Source of the DNA: Epiperipatus broadwayi
Lineage: Eukaryota > Animalia > Onychophora
NCBI GenBank assembly: GCA_028023455.1
Contig: JAQFVV010000003.1
Location: 25,358,001 to 25,422,000, forward strand
Direction: 5' to 3'
DNA: 64,000 bases
Positions 25,683-39,802 of the stretch are shown here, one piece after another. The position numbers were made by a program, and so were the translations under genes. How positions within the stretch are numbered: position 1 is the stretch's first letter; every line of letters starts with the position of its first letter. A model generated the notes under the pieces. The model was not told the origin of the DNA. It saw only the letters and a program-made list of their open reading frames with translations, and searched no databases.

Positions 25683-26450
25683 GGTTTACTTTAGCGACTA
25701 CATCATAAAAATCATATTCGCCCTCTAGTTTTCAAAATTAGAAGTAAATTATTATTCCAAAATCTTACGTACATGCTACTATATTACAATTACAGTAAAA
25801 TTTATTAAAACGTAAAAGATAATAAAAAAATATTTACCATTTTAAAGAAGTTGAAATAATTACACTATATTAATTAAAATAATTGTTTTAAATTATTTGA
25901 AACTTAAGAATTTAAACTATCTACATTTATAACTTAAGAATTTAAACTATCTAGATTTGTGATTAAAAATAACACCCTCTGGGTTCAAAAATTCAAATTA
26001 CATGCACATGTACAGTTTTATAGTTACACAAAACCTATTATTTCCATTGAAAATACTACAGGGGGACTGAACAAACAGGTCATTGGGTCTTTGGTGGTAT
26101 AGAAAGAGTGTCAAGGAAGTGCTCCTTGACAGAAGTTATAGATAGAACAGCTGTCACACTGGAGGCCCTAATCTAGCGGTACATTTTTCCAGGTACTCAC
26201 ATAAATTTCAGATGGCTGGTTGCATACAATAACATCAGCAGACTCAACAATGGGGTATATATGCACTCGGTTGTTGTCCATTAGGACAACTTTGTGAATC
26301 CTGAAGACCAAGACATACATACCCAGAATATTGAAAATATGTGGATAAGAGTGAAGTGTAAACTGAAATTCCAATCTGGTAACAGCAGAGCTTTATTTTC
26401 ATTGTTTTAAAAACTAGTGGGCGAATATGATGTGGTCACTAAAGTAAATC
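25683..26450 (+). mobile_element. Internally deleted Merlin (IS1016/ISXO2-like) DNA transposon remnant
   Basis: Imperfect ~50-bp TIRs (25683-25737 vs 26404-26450). 26063-26400 translates as HWVFGGIERVSRKC...DRTAVTLEALI*RYIFPGT...H*DNFVNPEDQDIHTQNIENMWIRVK, a typical ISXO2-like DDE segment with stops. No TSD found. Confidence 0.8.
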
Positions 26451-28033
26451 TTTATCAAATAAAGTATTCATACTTATTAAACATTAAAAAGAAAACAACT
26501 TTATAACAATTTTTTTTCTAAAAGTTAAATATTTAATAAAAAAAGAGTTATTTTTTTTTTGTGGCAACTTTATCTCTGTAATTAGCAGATAAGTAGGTAT
26601 AATGATCCAGTAATTTACGTCTTTTGTAAATAAAAAATGAGATTAATTAAAAATAAAAATTAAAATAAATTTTTTTTTTGTTAATTTGGTTTGTGTGGAT
26701 TTGGTCATATACTGAGAAATTGTTGGCTGTAAAAGGAATATTTCTTTTTTGTTCTTTCTTTTTATATTGGCAGCTAACTTGGAGGGAAGGAAAACAAACT
26801 TAGCACTAGAACTGCATTAGAACTGTTGCCATAAATTGTTTTTGATTGTCGAACCTAAAATTCAAGTTCACTTAAAGTATACAGAAATGGAAAAATAACA
26901 ATTTCTATAAAAGAAGAGTTAACATGAATGGATAAAGCACAACTTTTATAAATGCTGATCATATTTGTTCTCCAGGGACGACTTACTGATGGCTTTAAAT
27001 ATCCTTGCCTGCTAAATGTGTTATATAAAATAGTTGCAGAAAGAAAAAAGTGAATGAAATTCATATAAAAAAGTAACCTCATAGCCAATGCTTTCTGTGA
27101 GACCAGACCATGTGTGTATTGTGGAAAAAACAGTATATAAACAAAAAGAGTAGACTACCCCTATTGTATAAACATCACTTACCAACTATTAACAATGGAA
27201 GAAAACTTTAAAACCAAAATTATTACCAGTATGCAAAGTGATTTTGAATATATATATATGCACATATCAACATATTTATAATTCTAGAGGAAAGAACAAA
27301 TTTATGTACTTTGAACTATAAACTGAAGTGATTTTCAAACCTGAAGTGAGAATACACTATTTTCATTTATTGCATCAACTATAGTATTATTCTCTATTTT
27401 TATTAATAATGTTTTAGTGGTATATATTTAAAGTGTTTAGTGGTATGTATTTGAAGTGATTTTAAATATGTTCTTTTTTGATTATGTATTTTAAATAATT
27501 ATTGTTGATTTCTATGTAATAAAAAATGATCTTTATTTTTAGAAATTATGTGAGAGACATTTGACCTACTTTTGTAACTATTATTATTACATTGTTAATT
27601 TTATTATAATCTCCATCTTGTTATTCCTAGTACATAGTACAGCTGTGTGTACATGATTTATATAACTAATCATCAAACAGAAAGATCACAAGCTAGAAAT
27701 TTATGGGTAAATACTGGTCTAGAAATTAAGAATCATAATATGGGTTAAGTTATCACATAGTAATAAAATACCATAGGAATAAAAATAGTTATCACTCAAT
27801 TAATTATAAATATTTCCTTACAGCATAATCCATTGGCTAGCCACTGATAAAGTTATAATAAAAATATAATTAAGCTCAGTAAAATTGTATCTAGTTATAA
27901 GACAGATTATTAATCCAATAAGTTTATCTTTGGTTATCATAACTACGTACTTGTGAGTTGACCAGTACAGATATGATATGGTAATATATCTTCCTTATAT
28001 TAAAGGTTAGTCAAAAAGTGATCAGTACATTAC

Positions 28034-30756
28034 GGCACCCAACATGGGATAATTACATTGGATTTTTATTATTTAAATAAGTCAAAATGTTTAATTTATA
28101 TCTTAATAATACCATCTAAAATAATATTGTAAAATTATTATAGTCCTAAAACAAAAGTCAAAATATTATATAGAGATTAAATTCTATACCGTCACAAATA
28201 AAATAAGGTCAGATTTATGGTTGGTGATATTTCTAAGTTTATGTGACCCACATATAGAACATTAGTATCTCAGATAATTCTGAAGACCATATGATTTGAC
28301 ACTTGAGAAAGCTATAGAAATATTGAATGAGTATTTTGCTCCAAGGCCATTTATGACTATGGAAAGTTTTATTCCCACAACCAATTGGATTGTAGTAGAG
28401 AATGTGACCAAACTAAGAAGTCAGGTAAACAAATGCAACTTTGGTACTTCCTTGAATGAGATATTAAGAGACAAATTCATTTGTGGGATGATAAACCATG
28501 CCCTTTGCCTAAAATTGTTGATAGATAATTTGTCAACATTTAATACATCAACCTTAGCTAAGTTAAATGAAGAAGAGACAAAAAATCTGCAGTTCTAGTT
28601 CACGGGGATCAAGAGGTAAAATCCACAGAGCAAAATCATTCAATGGAGGGATAGTAATAAGGCTTCACTAATAATGTGCTTTAGGTGAGCCTTAGTTATG
28701 ATACATGTAGATTCAAAGAAAGAATTTTCTTCTATTGTAAAGACAGGGTTATATCAAATTAACATACATTACTAGGTGAAAATAAGGTGAGTCAAAAAAG
28801 TTGTAGCTTTAAATCAAAAAAAGAAAAACATAAAGAGTCTAAAAAGAAAGAGAAGTGGAATATAAAAAGTTTAAAGAATAAGAAAATATCATCAGTATTT
28901 ACAAATATGATGAAAATAAATGATGTGTTAGTTAAATTAGAAATAGATTCAGGGTAACACTAATCATAGTAATGAATAAATAGTAGAATGAGAAAGTAAA
29001 CTAGTTCTTATTTTAAGAAAGATATACAATTATCAAGGAAAGTCAATAAAAATACTGGACAAGCTAAAACAAATGTGAACCAAGGAACAAAAATAGCACA
29101 GCTGCTATTAATAATAACTAGGAAGATCACTGCAATCTTTTAGAAAGAAAATGGTATGAACCTTTAAGTTATACCATGATACACACAAATATATTTGTAA
29201 ATAATGATAAAGGCATTGAGATATATAAAAAGGACAACTCAGGTTTTTTTAAAAGAGATTTAGGCAAGTATATAGGGTTTAAAGTAAAATTACACATAAA
29301 TACAATCAAATGATAAGAATGCAAAGTTAATCAAAGTCCATGTTCATTCAGGGAATAAATAGCACAAAAGAGTACAGAAGTTAGTATATGTGAAAGGGAA
29401 ACATATTCCTCACCTGAATACTTTTAGTAAGTTATGAGGCACATCAGAAGCAATAGATAGGAATGTTATAACTATCAATATGGTAGGTTTAGCAAACAAT
29501 ATATAAATAGTCTATAGATACAAAATAGATGAAAGCTTATAAAAGAAATGTGATTTTGCAGAAATGAATGTGTGAAGGATGGCCAAAGTTCAGACTATTG
29601 ACATTGCATGTAGAAATATGGCAAAAGCAGAAATAATTTTAATGCAGGAAAATTACATTATGGAGTTCTATAGTGATCATTCTACTGAAAGGCATGTCAA
29701 AACTAATTCAATTATTATGTAGCAGTTGCCTGGACATTGTGACAATGAAAATGCTTACCATTCTCATATGGGTGTTGGCCAGAAATAGATAAAAATATAG
29801 AAAAGTGGATATAGCAATGCCATAAATGCAAGTTATAGTTAAATTTACCCTCCAAAACTAGAAAATCTTTGAGTATTGAAACAACAAAGCCATGGCAAAG
29901 AATAATCATAGATCATATAGGCTGTTTAAAAGATAAGTGATTTTTAGTTATAAGTGATGCTTCTATAAAATGGTTAATATGTATATATAGTAAATAAAGC
30001 ACACTCATTAGCATTCATAATGCACTTACTTGTAATGTGCATTCACTATGTTCAGCATATCAGGGACAACTGTTTCAGCCAATGGACCAATATTAATCTC
30101 AAATCAATTTAAAAGATTTTGTGGAAAAAATACAATAGAGCATGTAAATATCCTGCTGTTCTGTCCAAAAAGTAATAATTTAGTTAAAAGAAATATATAA
30201 GAGGTAAGAAGGCATTAATAAAAGTCTAAAGAAATGACTGGCAAAAAAAACTTAACAGTAACTCCATTGACATGAACCAGAAAATCTCCAAGTTAATTGA
30301 TGTTTGGTAGAGAGGTATGAAAATATTTATCAGATATAGTAAATATACAAATCCCAAGTAAAAGGATACATAAAGTGTTAGCCAGATGTACCCTGTAAAT
30401 AAGTTGATACCAACAGAAGTAATTGCACTCAGGCAAATATATAATAATGGTAGAAACAAAGAATGGGAGGCTTCATTGGTGGCACCAGGAACAACTATGT
30501 ATGAATACCAGTCACTTAAATGGAACACTCTATCAGGAAGACATATACACAAACAATCAAAAAGCCCAACTACCACACAGTGGGAGTTGTTAATCAGGAC
30601 AACTCAAAAGACAAAGAGTCAGACAAAGTTCAAAGACAATCCAGTCCAAGACCAAAGAGTGCAATGACAACCCAAATACCTTAAAAATTATGATATAACC
30701 TATTTATGTAACAAAGATGAAGAAAATTAAAGAATTAGTTTAAACCAAGGGGGAGA
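28034..30756 (+). mobile_element. Highly decayed Ty3/gypsy LTR retrotransposon internal region
   Basis: Gag-like ORF 28296-28598 (LNEYFAP...CNFGTSLNEILRDKFICGM). Protease-like VKLEIDSG at 28931-28954. Integrase-like KPWQRI..DHIG...FLVISDA..KW near 29880-29975. PBS-like GGCACCCAACATGGG at 28034 and PPT-like AAGGGGGAGA at 30747. Matching LTRs were not confirmed. Confidence 0.7.
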
Positions 30757-32429
30757 CATGCTTGCTATGGGAAGGGTTTTGCTAATTATAAAAAAGTGTG
30801 TGTGTAAGGTAAATAAAGACTAAAAGACATTAATGAATTTAGCCAGAGGCAAAGGTATTAGTTGTGAGAAGAATTACTAAAGGAAAATAGTCAGAGTAAA
30901 TAATTGCTTTTATAAAGATCTGATTGTTCCCTGAATTCAGAGAAAGGATATGAATACTCTAAAGATACATGTTAGCAAGATTAGCAAGAGAAAGTACATA
31001 GAAATATGCTACAGTATATGGTGAGAAGCCATAATGAGATTGTATATAATATTCAGTGCAAGAGGAAGAAGTGTACAAATAGTAACAAAGTGTGAGCAGA
31101 TATCAAGTAGGTCAGCATAGAAGTAAGGGCACATCTTTGCAAGTTTATAATGAATAACATCAGGAGGTATCCTGGAAGCAACTATACAAGTCTACATGCT
31201 TCACAGAAAGGAGAAAAGTAATAATCACACATTATCATTATATTATATGTGCATATAATGTTTGATTTTAGATAGCATTCAACCTTAGTCATAACAGCTG
31301 AGATGTCATTAGAATGATCCAGAGAACATATGACAATATCCTGTAGCCAGAGCAATAACTGGAGTCTATTAACACCATAAAAATAATGCAGATCAGGACC
31401 ACAAATGTTCTGAAGACAAAGCTCATAAACTGTGAGCGAGCACTAGACAGAGATCTGATCAAGGCCAAACAAGATTCTTGACAATCGCTATTGTGCAACC
31501 TGGAATCTAAGACAGCAACAATGGAGTGAAGAACAGCACTATTGTATTATTTATATATTGATATAATTATTTATGAATAATAAATCATGAAATGTACCTA
31601 AAGGTTTGTATTTATAAATAACTATGATTGCACAGAGGGTCAGAACACAACATTTTATCAGTAAGATTATAACATTAATAAATAGCAACAACAGCAACAA
31701 TAAACAAATTTGTATTGTAATCTTTTTTTAAAAAATAAAATATATTTTCATTGGCTGAAAAATGCAGTAGCGTCACATAGTGTTTAAAGTTGACCAAAGT
31801 ATTATAAATCAAATAGAATTTAAAAATTAAAAATAGCCTAATTAAATGGTTTCTAAAATTGTAGAATTAAATCCATCCACTTCTTATAATATGCAATTCT
31901 TTGCAATTATTTTACAAGTTTTTTTTTCAGTTTCAAATATTTTACCCCCTTGATGTTAAAAAATAAAACAAATGGAAAATAAAAATATACACCAGACACA
32001 CACACATATAAAAAATTTAAAACACTGCATCTGGTATGACAAGTCTTAAAAAAACAAGATAAACAGTGCATTTCAGGAAATGTTAGGTTTCCTTTCAAAC
32101 ATAATCTAAAAAATGAGTTGTTGTTTTTTTTTAAAAAAAAAGTTGAAGAGATTAGAGAAATAGAGAGAGAGAGATAATCCACCTTGATGAAATGGATGAC
32201 ACCTGCTTTCTATCAAACAAGAAACTTCCATAATTTATATGTTAATAATTTAGGCTTTAAAATTATTCTATTTTTATATAAAGATACAGGTGATATATGT
32301 AATTCATACACATACACACGTAACACATATATAAGAGAAAAAAATACATAAAAAATTGTTCATATATTTTTTAATTATATAATCAGCTAATTAAAAGTTC
32401 TATAGTGAGTACAAAAGTTCCACTAATAT

Positions 32430-33047
32430 ACATAATTAAAGGGGATTTGAACACAGATTTTCAGATTCCCTTCAGTTATCAACTCTATTTTAAATAACTG
32501 ATATGCATGGCCACTTACATGCGAAAAAGATAAATGATCTCTAATAAATCTCCATTAAATGTATTTCATGCTGATCCAGCACTCATCTGTTAGTCCCGAT
32601 CATTATCTCCCATACACATATATAATCAGTGCTTAGTTTATAAAATTAAGCCTGAATTCTACTCATCCCCCCTTCTGTGTAAATAAATGGATATATTAAG
32701 GTCCTACATATGAGGGGTCAGACTGACTTATAGACAACATGGATATGACAACAATATTGGCATCAACAAGGCCTTTGAGCATTCCACTGTTGGACGGTGG
32801 AGAAAAGTAAAGCCTGTCTATTAAAGTTTGAAGATTTGCTATCAATATAAACTGAGCATTGATTATATATGTATGTCAGAGATGATGATCTGGACCAACT
32901 AATGAGTGCTGGATCAGCATGAAATATGTATATGGAGATCATTTATCTTTTTGACATATAAAGTGATCATGTGTATCAGTTATTTAAAATAGAATGAATA
33001 ACTGAAGGGAATTTAAAAGACTGTATTTAAATCTCTTTTAATTACAT
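32430..33047. repeat. Family B fold-back element (~200-bp inverted arms), each arm with a degenerate hammerhead
   Basis: The arms are reverse complements. Hammerhead-like cores lie at 32551-32595 (-, CAGAUGA) and 32894-32937 (+, CUAAUGA), both with stem II G-UGCUG(GAU)CAGCA-U and GAAA. Confidence 0.75.
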
Positions 33048-33287
33048 CTAAGCTTCAGTATATTTCAATATACATGTATTTAATACAAGCTCTATATATA
33101 ACATAATAGAATACTTCCAGTACTTTATATATAAATAACATTGGAGATTAAAACTCGTAAAACCATACAGTAATATTTAAAACAGTCTTTAACCAAGCAT
33201 AAGGCAAAGTTTATCAAGAATAAAGCAGTGCTTTTTTCTAGAAAATTGACTAAGAACACTTTGGTTAGAAAGAATTATGAATAAAAT

Positions 33288-34850
33288 CACTAAAACATCG
33301 CATGATCAACATTTTCTATGCTTACACAAGCTGTTAATACAATAGCATACTCTACACACAGTAGTGCCACCCAGTGCAAGTCTTTGTAATCAATGGATGA
33401 AAGAAGGCTGGTGCAAAAACTCTCTATCTAGTGCACAATCATCCAATATCTTCAGACTAGTTTCTAGTTTGTCACTTTTATCAGTGAGGAACTTTGGATT
33501 TAAGAGAACTGTATCTAGATCTTAGAATCTAATGCAACCCTCTGGCAGATCCCTTTTACCTATTAAATTAATTATAAAGCTATGATCCCAAAATGAAAAC
33601 ACAATAATGTGTTCAATCCAAGCCCAATCACTTGTATAGTCATATAGAACTGAACCTAGTTCAGTATCTATAAATTTTTGGTTTATCCAATATATCCAAT
33701 CAGTTTTGAGTTTGTGATTTTTATTAGTGAGGAGCCCTGGATTTGGAAGCACTGCACCTAGACCTAAGGATGTAATGCAACCTTCCAACCACCATCATTT
33801 ACCTATTTAGCTAATTATAAAGCTATCAGACCAAGATAAAAACACAATCACGTTTTCAATTCAAGCTCATTCACTGGCATAGATCTCATAGTTCAGTATC
33901 AGAAAATTTTAATGACTAAAACCACAATCATTATTATTCTATAGGCAATAGATAGAGATTTTATGCATAAATCTTCTTGCAATTGTTGATTATTAAGGTT
34001 GCACTGGTGTACTGCTGTATGGAGAGTTTGCTACTGAATTAACAGCTTATGTAAGCATAAGAAATTGTTGTCATGTAAAGTTTCAGTGGTTTTATACCAA
34101 TCCTGCCTATAGAATGATAGTGACTCTGGCTTTTAAAAACCAATGATACCAAATGTATAAATACTGAACTAGGTTCAGATCTATATGATTATACATTTGA
34201 ATTAGCTGGGATTGAAAATACTATTGTGTTTTATATTGGGTTTATAGCTTTAGAATTAACTAAATGGGTAAAAAGTGGCTGCTGGAGTGCTGTATTAGAT
34301 CCTAAGATCTAGATGCAATGCTTTTAAATCTAAGGCTCCTCCCTGATGAAAGCCACATGCTAGAAACTAGTCTGAGGGTATTGGTTGAGTAGACCCTAGA
34401 AACGAGTTTGTGCACAAACCTCCTTTCATCCATTGATTACTAAGTCTTGCACTGGTTGGTACTATTGTATGGAGAGTTTGATAATGTATTAACAGCTTGT
34501 GTAAGCATAAGAATTGGTATTCATGTGATATTTTAAAGATTTTCACATTAATCTTGGCTATAGGATGATGATAACTGTGGCTTTTAAAAAAACAAATACC
34601 CTAAAATGTATAAATATTATACTGGGTTCAGATTTATATATTACCCAAATAAATGAGCTTGGACTGAAAAGATAATTGTGTTTCATTTCAGCTTTATAGT
34701 TAACTAAATAGGTAAAACATGCCTGCTGAAGGATTGCATTAGGGCCTAAGATCTAGGTGCAATTCTTTCAAATCCAAGGATCCTCATTGATGAAAGCCAC
34801 ATGCTAGAAACTATTCTGGGGATATTGGATGAGTAGATATAGGGATTTTA
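33288..34850. repeat. Family A hammerhead-bearing tandem plus inverted array (retrozyme-like or PLE pseudo-LTR-derived)
   Basis: The plus arm has a ~445-bp period (GCACTGG at 34001 and 34449; hammerhead cores at 34343 and 34787). The minus arm has hammerhead cores at 33450-33490 and a degenerate one near 33695-33735. Confidence 0.8.
34337..34378 (+). ncRNA. Family A minimal hammerhead ribozyme motif
   Basis: UCCUCC-CUGAUGA-A-AGC(CACAU)GCU-A-GAAA-CUAG-UC-UGAGGG. The core is intact; there is one mismatch at the base of stem I. Confidence 0.65.
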
Positions 34851-35037
34851 TGCAAATACTTACTTGCATATTCTATTATATATTTTCATTAGTTTGAATT
34901 ATTGTTGAAAATGCATATACTGAGATAACTCTCAGGCTTCTAACTATTGTAATTAAATCAATTGAAACATATTTAGATATGATGTTATGGACTGATTTAA
35001 ATATTCATTCTTTTTAACCAATGTATTTTACTCAACC

Positions 35038-35040
<3 letters not shown>

Positions 35041-35110
<70 letters not shown>

Positions 35111-35135
35111 TATAGAGAGAGAGAGAGAGAGAGAG
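35041..35135. repeat. (TA)n/(AG)n compound microsatellite
   Basis: Directly visible. Confidence 0.95.
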
Positions 35136-36589
35136 AACAAGAATAAATGGACACTTTATTCTTACTAAATTTTGATTTAACACTTGATTAAAATGTATTT
35201 TAAATATTTTTTCTCTAATGTTATGAGTTTTAAATTGAATATATTCAAAAAGTCCATTTTTCACAAGGTCATGTGCCATTCATACACCTTTATGTTCTGA
35301 GTGTATTACTCTAGCATTACATTTGCTAAAATTCTTATAAAAGTACATAATATATCAGTAGTAACAGTGGCTAGTAGCAAACGAGTATAACCATTCCCAA
35401 GTTCACACACACAAATAAAAAAAGATAGAAAGACAAAATAATAACAATTACTCCATTCATTAGGAATAAATTTTGTGATGATTATATAAAACAAACTGTG
35501 AATCATAAAATACATCCACATATAGAAGATGTTGGTTCATTATTAAGTTTATTTAATATTTTGAGAATAAGATTAAATGAAAGATGCAATTAGACAAGAT
35601 GTTAAAGTTTTTCAAAAAAAAAAAAATCTGCTAAAAAATGTAAAAACACAGAATATATTCCTAATAATCTATGAAAACTAATATAATAAACTAATTTATA
35701 ATATAACAAACCAATTTAAAGAAATTGTGGTATATATAAATAAGTTGTAATAAAAAAAATAGTCAAATAGTTGTTCTCATTGCATTTTTCAAAAAAATCC
35801 CATCAAAATGTCAACATTTACATCAATTATTAATGTCAGGTAAACTAAATGCAGTTCCATTTTTGAAATAAAGGTAGATCAGACAACTACTATTATTAGA
35901 TGGCATGATATCACTTTGTAATATCAGTTTTTAATTGGTTTGTTTCCTGAATTCATCATAACTAAAATTTACCTAAAAAATACACCAGTAAATCCATAAT
36001 CTGCAGTATGTATATAATTAATGGAACAATACATCTGATAAATATTGTAAACCAATAAAATCTTTTAGATTTATGTTTTTTTTAAAAAGATTATTATAAA
36101 TTGGGAATTATTGCTTTGTGAAAAACACCACAGATTAATTCCTATTGAATGTAATGCTTTTTTTAAAAATTGGTATCATAACTCGTAAATAACTATGATA
36201 ACTCCAGTACTGAAATACAATAAATTAAAAACAATGCTAATATTGTAAATTCAGAAAAAACACTAAAATATTAAATACGATCTTAATGCTTTTTTGGGTG
36301 TTGAGCACTCATTAAAAGCAACCATTATAAATTCAAAACAATAACAAATGAAAATATGAAATTATACATTTGTATTCATTCAAAAATGTTTTCAACAAAA
36401 CACTATTAGATTTTTTTTTAATCACTGATTCTATATTATTAAAAAAATCTCACCTGTTCAATCTTATATTTCTGTTATTATGTTCATTCAGTTCAAGCAA
36501 TTTGCACTTCTTTAGGATTAAAAACATGATTAAATATTTCTATGATAAGCATTTATTTGCTTCCAAAAAGATTTATTTATTTAGACTTT

Positions 36590-36755
36590 AAAAATAGGGG
36601 ATTTGAACTCAGACTTTCAAGCACCCACCAACTATCCACACTATCTCATACAACTGATATACATGACCACACACATGTAGAAAAGATAAATAATCACCAA
36701 TATATGTATTTCATGTTAAACCAGCACTCATCAGTTGGTCCAGATTATCATCTCC

Positions 36756-36801
<46 letters not shown>

Positions 36802-36970
36802 ATCAGTGCTCAGTTTATATTAAGATAGCAAATCTTCACACTTTAATGGACAGCCTTCAATCTACTCCAATCTCCAACTTTTCAGCCATCCATATCATTG
36901 AAAATTCGATGACGGAAAGCCCAAATCCCATGCTGATGCCAACATTATTGCCATGCCCATGTTGACCTGA
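36590..36970 (-). repeat. Family B copy containing (CA)n(TA)n; a partial further copy lies at ~37560-37667
   Basis: Homologous to both arms and the spacer of 32430-33047. Confidence 0.75.
36696..36739 (-). ncRNA. Family B minimal type I hammerhead ribozyme motif (best copy)
   Basis: ACCAA-CUGAUGA-G-UGCUG(GUU)UAACA-U-GAAA-UACAUA-UA-UUGGU: perfect 5-bp stem I, intact core, one stem II mismatch. Confidence 0.65.
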
Positions 36971-37935
36971 AGACACTCTAACTCCTCATGTATTGGACCT
37001 TATCCATTTAAATACATAGACTTTAAATAATAAATATCTGGCACTGCTTTGAACCTTTAGTAGCTAACAGTATGGCCTTATAAGTTGAAAGCATTTCTCA
37101 ACTACTTATTATTTAAAGTCTAAATAAATGAATATTTTCTTTAGAAGGGAATAAACACTTATCATAGAATTACATGGTAAAAGAATTATCAAATATTTTA
37201 GAAATTTAATTTATTATTGTTTAAACTTAACAATTACTTTTCAAAAAGCTACTCAGCACTGAAAATATTTTCAATATTTTTTCCAAGTACATAGTATTAA
37301 AATCACTTTAATTTATGATATTATATCTATAAAAAAGAATGACATATTATACTTTTTATTTAAAAATGTAATAGCTTATAACAAATCAGCCATCTTCAAG
37401 AGCTTTTGGAAGATAAAATTGTTTTTGAAGATGATGGGCTTGCTATAGAATGACTGTAGCAATCGCATCAGTGAAATAAATAATATTTGTAATATACTAA
37501 TGTTTTTAGACATATGGCACTAAACTGTTTTAATATATAGGGTATATGAGCACAGACAATCACATGACCCACCACTCTCCACACTATCTCATAACACTGA
37601 TACACTTGAACACATATATGTTGAAAAGATAAATAATCATCATCAGTTGGTCCAGATTACCATCTCTGTTTTAAATATTATAATGGAAATTTGCTTTGTA
37701 ATTACATTTTTGAATAAAAATTACTTGATTTAGAAAAGTATAAATTTTACTGTTTTCCTAACCTGTGTGCTATTACTAACAGTTGAATGTATTTGGAATA
37801 TTTAAAAAAAGTTAAAGTTTTTCTAAAGACATTTAATACTAATATTAAATGATGGATATAGTCCAATATATAAATACAACAAAAAGTTTTACCATTTCCT
37901 TTAGATATTAATTTCCAGAATGTAAATTTTTTAAA

Positions 37936-38097
37936 CCACTAAACATCCATTTCTTATGCTTGCTCATAATTATTATTAAAACAGGCAAAACTCTCCATAT
38001 AGTAGTGCCACTCACACAAGTCTTCTGGCATCCATTGATTACTCTGGCTTGCATTGAGTGGCACTACTGTATGGAGAGTTTTGCCTGTTTTAATAAT
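37936..38097. repeat. Family A fold-back remnant without hammerhead
   Basis: Arms ATTATTAAAACAGGCAAAACTCTCCATATAGTAGTGCCACTCA and its near-perfect reverse complement ending at 38097. Confidence 0.8.
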
Positions 38098-38799
38098 GTG
38101 AATTTACCTGGATCAGCAAAAATTCAAAAGTTAAAAATAATAGCAAAAAATTATAATAATTATAAACTTGTTCATTTTATATAAATAATATTTTATAATA
38201 TATAAAAATATAAATATCTAATAAATGAATTATTAATCATCTCATTCAACATATTTTACTTTATAACCAGATATTTCTCAGATATCCTGGGGTTTAACAC
38301 TGGAAACTCAATAACCAAGTAGCCCTCCAATACAACTGAGGCATTTCTGATTATAGTGTGAAATAATATTTTGTGTTAGAGTTGGTGATTGTTTAAATAC
38401 ATGATGATTTATATGGCATAAGTAAGAGATTTGATTATATATGGCATATACTGACTGAAATTATTTATTCATTGGATATATGCTGACATAAATTTTTTTG
38501 TAGAAAAACGATTTCTGTTGTTTTTTTAAAGTTTTCAAACCAATATAAATCTCATAAAATTTGCTTAAACATGCTGTTAGGAGCAAGTCTCTTCATTTTA
38601 TTCCATAGTCAACTATTGTAACTTGGATAATTAATAGATATTCGATTTTAATCTACACCTGGTGCTATCCTATTCACATTCCAGATTAATGATCATGTGA
38701 TATTGCTGATTTTTACATTATCTTTGCAAAAAGAATGAAGCTACCTATAGTAATTATAAATTGAAGATACTAAAATATGTATATATTGGTCTGGATTCA

Positions 38800-38801
<2 letters not shown>

Positions 38802-38890
<89 letters not shown>
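38802..38890. repeat. (TA)n microsatellite
   Basis: Directly visible. Confidence 0.95.
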
Positions 38891-38897
<7 letters not shown>

Positions 38898-39802
38898 AAA
38901 CAAGTTCTTGTCTTGAAGTTAGCTCTTTAAAGATTATTTTATCTACTTATATATTAAATGGAAGATTTTCATAGACAAAAGATAAAATGTGCTTTGAATT
39001 TGTCTACATATATATTTCCTTATTGTTAAAATGAGCATTTCTTCCACATTTCAATCAGATTGCCCTAGCCATCCATTAGTTCTGATTTTCCTTATGGCAT
39101 CTCTACAACATCTTTGAATGATCATTACTGCCTGATCAGTTGCTAGCATGATCCAGTTAAAATATGTTGATATGATGCTAACATTAACAAGTAAATATAT
39201 AAACAGAGGAACTCAAAATGAATAGTCATGTATATAAAGTTTAAACAGATGTAACAACATATGCAAAAAGTATATACAACAACATTCATATATCAATCAA
39301 AAAATTAAATAGACCATCTATTCCTTATATATTTGATGGTTTTAAGCACTCATTTATTGATATTATTGAGAAAAAAAAGAATGAAATTTGTAAATTAGCC
39401 TGATTTAAATATAGTGTAACTTATTTTGAAACTACAATTGAATATTTAGTAGATAAAAAGTTTAGCTTCATTCTTAATATTCTCATGCCAGTTTGAAGGT
39501 TTCTGCAAATTTTCATTTTTGTTGTTATATTTTTAAATCCTTTGGTTTGTAGTAAAGGTGCAGATCAATCTAATCTTATCTCTTTGAATATTAAATGCAG
39601 CGTAGATGTCAATGTGCAGTTGTGACATTTATATATTTTATCACAGCAATATATAAATATTTCAAATAAATTAAGATATTTCATCAGGGATGTTGTAAGT
39701 TTTCCACATTTATTATTTGAAAATGAGTGGTTTAACCCTTTATTGATGTAATGTAAAGGCATTGAAAACTTTGCATTGTTAATGCAAATACAATTACAAA
39801 AT

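Noticed and set aside
35040-38974. ORFs with YIYIYI or HTHTHT runs
   Set aside because: They are translations of microsatellites.
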